Below are positions 23,301-34,016 of a DNA stretch of 60,686 bases, one piece after another. Made by a program: the position numbers and the translations under genes. How positions within the stretch are numbered: position 1 is the first letter of the stretch; each line of letters begins with the position of its first letter. The notes below the pieces were generated by a model. It was not told the DNA's origin. It was given only the letters and a program-made list of their open reading frames with translations, and made no database searches. This stretch comes from Priapulus caudatus (taxonomy: Eukaryota), in contig NW_014577076.1 of assembly GCF_000485595.1 (NCBI RefSeq), positions 264,948 through 325,633 on the forward strand. The letters run 5' to 3'.

Positions 23301-24476
23301 TAGCATATTTTACTGGCTACTAAAATTCGTCATGGTGATTAGCTCATTAGATCATTAGATTTCTCTCTTTAATTTTGAATTAAAAATATCAATTAGTTGT
23401 TGTCAGCAGTTGTCAGTTAGTCGTAGCTCAGTACTGCAGCATATGGTTCCAATGGGTCAGCATCCAGGGCTTCAGTAAAAATGATTGATCCAACATGTCC
23501 AACGTTAGCATTAGGTCGGTAGTGTGTCAATTCGTGGTCGTCTCATCGCGTTCTTTTGCCTCGGTCAGCAGTCTGAGTCATAAGACGGTCTGAGTTCATA
23601 AGGCGGTCAGCAGTCTGATTATGTGGCTACTTCAAGTTGCGGTGTGCAGCGATTATATGGTCATGGTTACGTTTTTGCAGACGACTGGACGAGAGCAGAT
23701 GAGCAAGCAGTACAATGAGAAGCTGAAGGCGACGTTCGCCCACCACCCGCAGATCCGTCGCGTGGCACGCCACCGACACGTGCCCAAGTCACTCTACAGC
23801 GCCTCGCGTGAGATCCGCATCATACGCGAGTCCAAGAAGAGAAAGTGAGTGCTAAGTGAACACTTCAGTAATTATATGATCAATAATATCAGTAATATCA
23901 GCATCAGTAATGATAGGGTCACGTTTTAACATTTTGTATGGCAAGGCAAATGTTTCTAGTTAAATGGCAGGGGGTCACCAAAGCAACTAACGCTAGTACT
24001 GTAGCCTTCGTTTCTCTGCATTTCAAAGGCTAGAGTGCGGGGTCTAGAAAGCCAACTTGGTTTTCATCAACACCTTTTTATGTGGGATAGGGAGGGATAC
24101 ATACACAACACGAAATTTATTGAAAGGCCACGAAGGCAAACCGGGTTGGGCACCGTTGGTGTTTTATTGCTGTGGATATCAGCTAATTTTTAAAGCACCG
24201 CAGCTATTTGGGAAGGCAAGCATGTACAGTATTTTCTGTCGGTACTGTTGATGACATTCAAGCTCTGTAGTTACCTTGATTTAGGAATAATGTCAATGAG
24301 TTGCCACCAGAACTAACGTAGTGCATCTCATTCACATTGTGCGTACCAGGAACTATTTATCTCAGGTTTGAACATTTTTCTTATACAGGGAGAAGAATGC
24401 TCGTGCACACAGCAAACCAGGGACTATGGAGATTGTACCAGAAAGACAGAAGCACGTCGTGGGTGAACACGAGTAG
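8343..24476 (+). CDS. DCAF13: DDB1- and CUL4-associated factor 13 (WDSOF1/Sof1, U3 snoRNP WD40 protein), 12 exons
   Basis: Exons 8343-8418 (indel-damaged, MKIKV..R.PDDY.RETKRDVHK), 13430-13629, 13813-13920, 15246-15335, 15752-15907, 16286-16363, 16900-16982, 17902-17969, 18451-18547, 22952-23087, 23681-23844 and 24389-24476 (TAG). All junctions are GT-AG with matching phases. Diagnostic motifs: PREYTRALNATKLERVFAKPF, WNPMEAF, DYSPTGKE, REVYHTKRMQ, SGSDEMNIRIWK and the Sof1 tail IRRVARHRHVPK. Confidence 0.97.
8485..8589. mobile_element. 105-bp member of the same TAGCTCTAGTACTATAGC family, in DCAF13 intron 1
   Basis: Same termini; flanks GATGTTGAG / GATGTGAG (9-bp TSD with one indel in noisy sequence). 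Confidence 0.75.
8708..9290. mobile_element. Helentron/HINE-like non-autonomous element
   Basis: TTTTAGCTCATCTGAC-ATA-GTCAGATGA hairpin, then a (CGTC)n microsatellite, then two ~185-bp related units with AGGTCA motifs. Family assignment rests on architecture only. Confidence 0.5.
11854..12328. mobile_element. hAT-like MITE (7-bp TSD) with a nested MITE at 11913-12086
   Basis: TIRs CAGGCCCGTAGCCAGGGGGG / CCCCCCTGGCTACGGGCCTG with flanks GGTATAT. The inner element CAGGGCGTGTACAGG...CACGCCCCTG is the same family as 22146-22359. Confidence 0.8.
14228..14580. mobile_element. hAT-like MITE (6-bp TSD) in DCAF13 intron 3
   Basis: Imperfect TIRs CAGGGTGCAAAATTAAC / GTTAATTTCTACCCCTG; flanks CCCACA on both sides. 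Confidence 0.7.
18199..18344. repeat. 73-bp tandem duplication in DCAF13 intron 8
   Basis: TAACTTTCTGTGACAGATATAGTGGTATC... occurs twice with 2 mismatches. Confidence 0.9.
19372..20694 (-). CDS. Intronless leucine-rich-repeat cell-surface protein (signal peptide, LRRNT, LRRs, LRRCT, Thr stalk, probable GPI signal), nested antisense in DCAF13 intron 9
   Basis: 440-aa ORF with signal peptide MARLQRVALCILILLHAIVT, LRRNT CPEMCFC..DCS, LxxLxLxxN repeats, LRRCT LDLRGNPIDCDC...LRC, a TTTTTTT stalk, then SAA and a terminal hydrophobic stretch VVIFLLLLM with no cytoplasmic domain. Strong G/C-ending codon bias. A minus-strand AATAAA lies at 19152-19147. The ORF sits inside intron 18548-22951. Confidence 0.88.
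   Translation of the reverse strand: MARLQRVALCILILLHAIVTETAAEDGRCPEMCFCRHDNTDLDCSLNADFSVHEILQRLVAAGLAARVETLQFNGQRTSDESILRTLLRFPRLATLGLSDSCAHATCITAAARSGEAALQLPQLQSLDLSHNDVTVDELTAAGAGAAPRFPNMRALYLNSNELVARDVPLSLRAAFACCPRLRYANLAANQITSVRLVDDGDATPPLTKLVLAAQDWTTLRGDIAIATLESLDLRTAWAPSQLRVDCPRLGELRLRDCAGCGGEASVAPAFAGIAGLHTLDVSAESQLARSTTAADVAAMLPFLPRLRVLLLRGQAVATLPTLLLERLPLARLDLRGNPIDCDCRAAAFVFWLQIAGERSNLTLDGYDDGSLRCHVTAARSTPIRDVDVRLLTCSADDDDQTTTTTTTPSARTKSAAGLVARGELTTVVIFLLLLMIHRC
22043..22790. mobile_element. hAT-like MITE with a nested MITE at 22146-22359 (5-bp TSD ACAAT)
   Basis: Outer TIRs CATGGGTGTAT / ATACACCCATG with flanks GAATGC/TAATGC; inner CAGGGGCGTGTACAGG...CCTGTACACGCCCCCTG. Confidence 0.75.
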
Positions 24477-25405
24477 GCGAAATAGTCTAGCAGTACGTGT
24501 ACAAACTGGAACAGCAGAAGAATGCATGCTTTTAAGTGCAAAATCGATAATAGCAGTAGAGGTGATGCTGAAAGCAACGCATTAAATGTGTGAGAATAAC
24601 CAGTTTACAGTTCTTTATTAACAAAATGTGTAATTAACATTTATATGTAATAATCACTAATACATGAAGAAAAATCACTGGTACGAATCACTGGGTAGAT
24701 TAAAGCAATGCGGATTTGAATTAACGCTGGAAAACCACGGGAAAATAGTTGGATCTCTAAATACTCACGATCCTCTACGAGAAAGGTTTTTTATTTTTAG
24801 TAATAAACACCCAACTTATCTGTCATGAATATAGTATCAATTATTGTTTTTAAAAAGAAAGATAGTATGGAGTAGACTACGCATAAAAGGAATCTAAATG
24901 ATCAAGATGTCTATAGTAAGCTGCACGTATGTCTGCGATTTAACATGCCGAGCGGAAAACTGCTTTGCTCTAGTTCTAAATGTGTTTTTACACAGCATTA
25001 ACAGCATTGTTCAAGGTTCCAGAGACGTGTAATTAATGAAAAATGTGAAGCGTCATGATCTGCTGCAAGAGATCAACTGATATAACTACAGTTTACATGC
25101 GTTTTGCACATGCGGTACTGCTATTGAATCTGAGACGACCATCTGTATATTATGTATATATGCTACACGTTATAACGCGATTAAGTGTAGAAAACTTTCA
25201 CATCTTCATGGTGAAACTCTTTTTCAGTTCGTAAAGGTTTTAATAAAGAATAGGGTATCACGAAAAACGATTTCCTTCTCGGCGTTCTATTTATTAAGTT
25301 TTTTTGACAAAGGTGCTTTCTTTCTGACACCTATGTAATTGTAATTAGTGACATCACTAGAAGAACAGTTCTGTGACCACTGATATATTTGAAACGTATA
25401 TAGAA

Positions 25406-27904
25406 TCATGCCTTTGATTCTGGAAGCTCTCTATACTGCTCGAGGCCGGCTTCTTCAAAACTTAATGGCACCTTACTGTTTCCCAATACTCCCAGATCCG
25501 TGTTTGATTTTAGTGCTGCTTCTGTGCCACATTTTACTGCCTCTTCCACGTCGGGTTTTACTACTGCTTCTACTTCTTCATTATCTCTGGCCACTTCTAT
25601 GGTATCCAAACCCGGGAGAACAACGGAATCTTCGGCGAATGAGACACTCTTTCTCTTCCTTCTCTTGTGTGATGTGTGCGGTGACCTTTTTACCTCGCAG
25701 GCGACCTCCACCTTCCTGTCGCCCACGAGTGTTGGGTTTGTGTGCGTGCCAGCCTTGCTCACTGCCATACTTGTTAGACCTGAGAGCTCGCTGTTAACAT
25801 ACCTTCGCTCATCGGCAGCTTGTAACATGTCAGATATCTGCTGGCTAAGATCACGCGTGATGGGCGCATGAGAAGAGGGCCCACTATAGTCCTCCTCGCA
25901 CGCGGTGGTGTGAATGTCCTTTGTATCCTCGCTCTGGGGGTTTGACTGGTCAGTGACTCCCAAGCTGAGACTGCTCTTCCTCATCTTCTTCTTTCTTGGT
26001 GGCGGAATCGGTATAGTGCTCACCTGCGGTTCTGTCTCTGGACCCTCATCCCCCACAAATGCCGCGTTTACGTAGGTGGCAGCATTACTATCGGCCTCCG
26101 TCTCTATGGCTGCGGGTCCTTCATTCTGCTCTGCCACGCCAAGCATTGTTCGCATTGAAATCTGCCTAGAGAGGGAGCCACTGTTTGACCCACTGTTAGT
26201 TGTTTCCGATTTACTCGCCGAACTGTTGCTTTGTCGCTTACTCTGGTAACTGTCAGAACGTTTAGATGCCGTGGACATGCGGGTACCCTGCAACATAATT
26301 GTTTAAAAAAATGCGAGGGGATATTACATCTTATCTGTAGGCCGTAGATAGCGGGAGGGCAAGGGGCAGTTGTCCCCCTCGGACTAATGTAGATACTACA
26401 CAGATACTACCACATTCAACATGCCCAGAACACAAACGACACGTCGCTTGCGACCAACCACAGGCAAAATATGTGTACGCCTATGTATCCAATATATGTA
26501 CAAGGGTACATAACGTTGAAATAACCAATTTTAACCTTATATTCCTGAAGTTTTATATTAGCTCTTTGCACAAGCCTTTTAAGGCGGTCGATCGCCATCA
26601 AAGTCGTATTCATGTATTAACCGTTAAACCAGATAACCATCCACTGCAAAGCCATTGAATTGTGTTAGGCCTGAACTATTTAGCTTTCGCACCGGCAGGC
26701 AGGCATCGCCATCGCGATATCGAATTCGGCTTGCAAAGCTTCAGTCCAGATCTTATTAACCTTGCGTGTGTTTCTCTATTTGTGAAGTACACTATAATTT
26801 CAAGCGAGTTGTAACGCCGAAAAGGTGATAAGTTAAGAATACAAGTTAACGGTGCGGGGGTATATGACAATGAATGACGCTTCGTCAACTAAGAATAAAC
26901 AAAACAGTAATAATAAGAAGAATAAAACAGCTCTAATCACCTCTGATATGCTGCGCATCGTGCTGGCCATTGTGTGTCGCATCGTGACTGTCTGCACGTA
27001 CTCTGGCGTGTTCTTGTCCGCATGGAAGAAGATGATGAACACGCGCGGGAAGAACATGCAGACGAGAATGAAGATGCTCGCTGCGTTCACGCACAGGCAC
27101 AGCACGCAGCTGCGTGTCTTGCTCGACACGCCAAAGTAAGCGGAGATGCTGGCGATCCACACCAGGTTCAGACTGAGCATCGTCAGACTGATGTGCTTCG
27201 TCTCGTTGAAGTTCTCCGGCAGCTTGCGCGCCTTGAAGGCGAGCACCGTGCAGACGATGCCCAGTGCAGAGATGTACGCCATCGACATCGCCTGCAGGTA
27301 CACCCACTCCGCGCTGCAGTAGACCTGTACTTCCTTATCCAGGCTGACGGCCTTTTGCGCGTACGGCGTGCTGGCGATGAGAAACGCCACCAGCATGAGA
27401 ACCTCGATCCCGCTCAGACACAGCACGATGATCCCCTGCTTGTGGTGCACCGTCGCATTGACAGCACGCGTCTTCAGGTTGAAGATGCGAATGTAGTGGT
27501 ACGTCTTTGCGAGCAGGATTGAGTTGCATATGGTGTAGACGATGCCGAAGAACACCGGCTGCACAGTGCAGCTGAAGTCCGTTGACTCGCCGATGTACAT
27601 GAACGGCAGGATGAAGGATGCAGTCAGAATGGCTAGCAGCAGGAAGCTTAGTTCGCGGTTCGAGCTTTTCACGACTGGTGTGTCGCGATAGATGCCGAAT
27701 ACTATAAGCACCATCACCGAGAGCAGCACTCCTACCACGGCCACGCACATGCCTAGAAATCCGACAGAATATATATCAGGAGTAGATAATAGGGACCCTA
27801 TTATACCCTATATCCATAATACCAATACCCTATTATCTACTCCTGATATATATATATCAGGTGTGTGCGTGCGTGCGTGTACGTGTGCGTGCGTGCGTGT
27901 GCGC

Positions 27905-27945
<41 letters not shown>

Positions 27946-27965
27946 NNNNNNNNNNNNNNNNNNNN

Positions 27966-28051
<86 letters not shown>

Positions 28052-28449
28052 TCGCGCGCGCGCGCGCGCGCGCGCGCGTGGGGGGGTATATATATATAAA
28101 AACTATCATACTGCCTTCTATGATATTTTTAAATCTCATTCATCGCGTTACGTTACGCTACAGCACGTTACGTTGCGTTGCATTACGTTAGGTTGCATTA
28201 CGTTACGCTACGTCATGTTGCGTGACGTGTTGTTACAGAAGCTCAATGGAGTCAGGTCGCCTACCTAATACGGCTTCTGGGTCAGATGATCTCAGATATA
28301 CGTAGTGAAGCTGAACACAGCTAGATCCGTCGGTAGTAGACGTGAACTCTATCGAGTGCAATTCTGAGCACTTGGTGCATTCAGCCTGGCCTGCCTCACT
28401 AGTAATCGAACCTTCAGCAGTAAAATATTATATATATAAATAAATATAT

Positions 28450-28487
<38 letters not shown>

Positions 28488-31400
28488 GAAGTAAAAACAC
28501 ACGGACACCCATGTAGATATAGAAAATTATAATATAGAAAAATAGAATAGAAGTGTCAATTTCTATTTTATTTTGCGAGCTTTCGAGAACATGTGTCTCT
28601 TCATCAGGCTGTAAAACAACAACAGAATGATGTAGTTGAAAGTTCACATATAAGCGACAACACACGAATACTATTCAAACGTTAAGCAATCGTAGGTCCC
28701 TACCTATAGGACAGCGTACGCAGTCCCAGCAGCACTTCTTCTGTCCATATACCATCCTATAGCCTGGTTGACACTCGCGGCTACAGGCAGAGAACGGCAC
28801 GCTGGTTTCGTGACCTGGCCACTCTATCTGGTCGACGTGTAATGTGAAGACGGGCACTGCCGGTCGCCCGTTCCACGCCCCTGTGACCATCTGGCCATGT
28901 TATACGTTGTTGCGATAAGGCGTGTTTCATGTTTCATTAGAATGTTTCATTAGAAGGGAAAGAGCCACAGCATGGCGTCAGTCGTTCGGATATCTACTAT
29001 CGTTATTTTTAAGTCACTCATGGCTGATCTGATCTGAGTTGGGTAGACAACTTACATTCGTTTCGTGTTTGGCAACACTAAATTATTATGCTGAAACGTT
29101 AGTCTCTAGCCATAGAATAGTTAGATACTCCCTATTCTAGTACGTCCATTAAATGGTTATAAGCGTTATTAAACGAGCATTATGTTGAACAAATTACCTA
29201 TGTACTTGTACGAATAGTTGTTGTCACTAGACGTTCGCATATTTGTTACTAGGTAACCGCCCTTCACGTCACCATTGGCGTCGAACTTCACTTCTCCCGT
29301 GTGACCAACAAACTCAACATTCTGTACGGCGTTCAGCAGCCGCTCTGGAGTTAATAGCGGCAGGTCAATCGGCGGAGGTATAGTCGTCATCTGATCATTG
29401 TCCGTGGCGATCTGCTCGGTGGTCTGTTTATCGGTTACACTAGAGGAAGACGCTTGCTTCTGATTCGCCGTACCTTGACCTGTGTCGCCACTAACGTGTT
29501 CCGTTGCGTGCAGTGGTTTGTTCTCTGTATTATCATGTTGCGGCGTTGCCATATCGTCAGTCGTAGCCTGTGTGTCTTCGTCCTCAAGTCGTAGTTCCGT
29601 ATCTGCGGGGGTTTGGTGAATATTTTGACGAATATTTTGTGACGTTTTGGAAGCCGTGGCGCCCACCGGATCATTTCCTGTGGGCGTGAAATGTTGCTGC
29701 TCGGCGTCCCCGCTCTGTACAAGACCCTCCTCGGCTAGGATGGTGTGTAGCGCTTTAGCAAAGGCTAAGACAGCGTCTATGACATAGGGAGCATCGTCTA
29801 TGGAATCGCTCATCAGTGCGCCGTGCTTCTGCACTGCTGGATTAGTCTCGTTGCCGTACGCGTCTGCGCAACTCGGGAACAACTCACGACGATCGCAGGA
29901 GAGGCATTCGTCTTGGGACCTCGCTTTCATAGCGTCTGGAATATACAATCTTAAGATGATTGCGGCAAAGAATAACCCGTTTAAATCTGATCAATTGTCT
30001 GGCAGGCAGAATAGCAGTAAAAACATAAAAATCCAAAATTATGTCTATTTTGTTTAAAAACGACATGCGCTGAGTATTGAATAAAACCGAGCAGTAGCAA
30101 TTTTATTCAAGGCGATTAATAAAGTTATCTTACATCAACTACGATACCTGATAAGATCGAGTTCTTTTTTTCCGCTATACAGTTGTATTTTATCTTCCAG
30201 TATTCAGGAAACCACGGATTATGGGCGACGCTTTCAGCAACTGTCAGGTTGTTTAGATATTCCTGAAAATCCCGCTTATATATATTACGCTTATTATATT
30301 ATTATATCACGCTTATATCGAGACATCTCACGATTTGAAGCCAACTGGAACACAAGCACCTGGGCCATTTTAAAAATAGAATGATAGTATCTAATTAAAC
30401 ACAAATAGTGTGTACCGCCAGTCTTAATGTTCACGTACTTTCTATCGTCTTATAATTCTATGTAAATTCCGTTCAAATACTGCTCTATAACACGCAATCT
30501 CACCGCATTCACGCCGCTGTGCACAAACTCACGAATTATAAAGCTTTTGTCGTTGATCGATATATTTTTCTGTGCGTGTATATATATACTAGCTATTACC
30601 CGTCCTCTAGACGGGTTTGAGTGGGGTATGATTTGAGGAAGACGGTTTAACCATTTATCTCTCCCTTTTAGTTGAGGATGTATTTACAGTAAATACTGAT
30701 ATGTATAGACTCGAGTCATATATCAATATTTGTTTAAAAAGATTGTATCTAAATATATATAAAATCTGAAATTTTTCCTTAAAATTACATACAATTTTTC
30801 AAATAAAGGGAAATGGGGTAATTTCATAGTACAATTTCACTTATTTAGATATTATTTTTGAAAATATCATTCTGGTACGAAGCATTATTAATAAGTCAAA
30901 TTCTTAAAAAAAGCAAAATGCATTGAGTAGTTTTGAAGATATATGTTCTTGAAAGTCAGTGGACGGCGGCGGGCAGGGTTACACCTCCCGTTGTCAAATA
31001 TTTGCACACACGCGCGCGCACGCACACACCACAACACACCGCATTCACACTACCACACGGGCAGATGCGCAGCACAATCACAAGCGGCACCACGCCACAC
31101 ACCAGTACCAATTTACACACACACTTACACCGCACATGCACTCACGTCAGCAGCAACGCATTAGCATACACACCACACGCACACGCACACGGCCACACCA
31201 CGCATACATACATCAGACACACACGCACACCGCACACGCACACGCACACCTCATCACCACTCACGCCGCACACATCCGACACACAGCACCTTCACGCACA
31301 CACGCACACCAGTCAGCACATACAACTTCAGCACGTCTATTCGTTGGGGTTTGTCTAAGATTTTCGTCTCACAACTGTGTGCGCTGGCAGGATTGGCTGT

Positions 31401-33917
31401 TTATACACCGCAGCCGCAATGTCTTTCGCCAGTAATGTGTGCGTCGTGTGCGCGCGTGCCGGGCATGGGCGTGCGGTGCTTCGTGGCTGCGTTCCGTGCG
31501 TGCGTCGCTTAGGTGGGCTAGCGCTATGCTAGTGGAGCGGATCCACCCTAATTATCAATGACTTACTTATTATTACCTTTAATCTAATTAGTATAGCCTT
31601 AATTATCATTAAAAACCCCGTGAGAAAACAGTTAATAGTTGTAACCACAATCTTCAAAAGGTTATGGTATATAAATGTGCGTTGTGTGTGCCTCTGAAAC
31701 ATCGAAACGGGTCTAAAAATGTCAGCGCGATGTGGGAGCGGGTACCGCCCTGGCCACGATTACACCTCCGTTGCCAAATATTTGCCACACACGCCGCACG
31801 CACCGAACACACCGCATTCAGCACACATACGGCCATGCGCACGCACAACACACCGGCACCCACGCCACCACACATACCACATTTACACACACGATACGCG
31901 CGCACACACATACACGCACACGCCACACGCGCACGCGCATGCAACGCCACACACACGCATGCATACTGACTCCGGGATCGAGATTTTTCGGGGATCGCGG
32001 AAATCGGCGGCGGATTTACAGTCGTCAGGGGCAATTTTGTTGAAACGTAAAATTCAGTTGAGAAAATTGCCGGGAGGTAGCGGGATAAGTGAATGTAAAA
32101 ATGAAATTATCACCTTGAACAGTACCTGACAGCCTAGACACTGACAAGCAAAGGTCAACAAGCGTGCGTGTTACACGATATAGCGATGTACCGCGCTTGC
32201 GCTTAGTGCGTACGTCCGTCCATGGCAAGGCAGCGGTGCGATTGATGTACGGCTTCCTGCGACACGATTGCTTTTATGTCTTATGGCGCGAATGCGATGC
32301 CGTGTGGGCGCCTTGGAGGCGGAGAACGAAAGTAACAACCGAAAACCGGGAGCCTCCTCGTCCCATCGTTTCATCCTTAAGGGTTGATTAATTATTAAGG
32401 TGCGGACTCCTATTTCGTATGTCCCTGGTACTAGTGTACAGTATTTTGTAGTATTTTATGACATGGCACTGTGTGATATGTGTTATTGACAAATGCTGGA
32501 TGTACAGGAAGATACCAAGAAATTCAAGTAAGTCAGGTTTGAAAAAATTATTGAAGGTTGAATTCTTAGACTTACTTCAAGCCGTCTTCGTTCCACGCCG
32601 TGATCTTGGACGTTGCGTATAGGACGGATTCACATGCCCTTCTGATTTAATGACTGCGCATGCGGAGATTTTGCCGATTTTAAAATTTTGGTGCGGGTTT
32701 CGATGAGAGCACGTAAATTACAAAAGGTGATTCACGTACTCTGCTTTGCCGACTGCCGCATGCGGATTTTGCCGATCTAAACGTAGCGAATGTTATGCGC
32801 GACGCCCAGAGGGGCCCAGGCCGATTCGCGGGGAGCCACGCGGCCACGGTTTCGGAGGAGATACGGAAAACGACACTTCGGCTCTTTCTACTATTATATA
32901 GTAGATACATACACATTGGCGTGCATGCGGTTAGGTCGTGTTGTGGTGAGCGAACTACCTGAACCGAATTTCTGTGGAATTAGTAGTTAATCGTGAGTAT
33001 ATTAACATCGCGAGCTTGGTAGCAATTACAATGTGTGTTTAGTTATTGAAACTTTAATATTGAAACGGCCCAAATGCCCGTGAATGCCCCGACGTCATGA
33101 TTCCATGATGAATCTTCGTGCCTGAACCAAGAATACAGTCATATAGTCCCGCCATATATCAGCGACGTTACATCGGTCAATACCTTTGGCGTGCCCAGTC
33201 ACCGTGAGCGCGGGAGGGGAACCTACTGGAAGTGGATAGGCTTTGGTGCATCCAGCGTCAGACCGAGGAAGCCCTGCGCAGCGTGCACGTGCTGCTCAGC
33301 TATGGTTTTTGTCGTCGCCCATGTCTCAGATGCGATCCAGGTTATCCCAGTCAGGTTCGCTGCACTCGCCTCCTGCGCGTGACAAACAATAGACTAGTAC
33401 CGCGTCCCTTTACTTTGATGATAGACCTTGTGGGTCTAAAGCGCTATTTGCGAAGCGAACAGCTTACCAGTCTCGACAAACAATGGATGGTCGTCAGGTT
33501 TCGTCGGTTTGTCAGCTTTCCAATTTCTTGGCTTCGTATTCATCCTACTAAGCTGTATATAATAACTGGAGGACGCAGGCATGTTTACTGCACACAAATA
33601 CAATAAAGCAGCAGCGCTATATTGCAAGTCACATGGACTGCCAAAATTAGCTTCGTTAATATATTAGGAAATAGTGATATTTTAAGTAAAATAAATAAAT
33701 AGTATATAGAATACATTATAATAACATATTATTATTATAATAAATAATATATAATACGTACTTGTTGATAATAATATATATATATCATTATTTAAATAAC
33801 GTTATATCGCTATCAACGTTTATATCACTGCTAATACAAAAGCGTTACTATATAACGTTATGTTATGGTTTAAATACACATGCCCACACGCATAAGCAAC
33901 ACACCACACACACACAC

Positions 33918-34016
<99 letters not shown>

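Noticed and set aside
27692..28268. ORFs of poly-CV/HT/ER/LG (also ~21150-21530, 30930-32130, 33760-34040, 42940-43700, 46650-47520, 52140-52480, 54640-55140)
   Set aside because: They are translations of microsatellites, some spanning N gaps.
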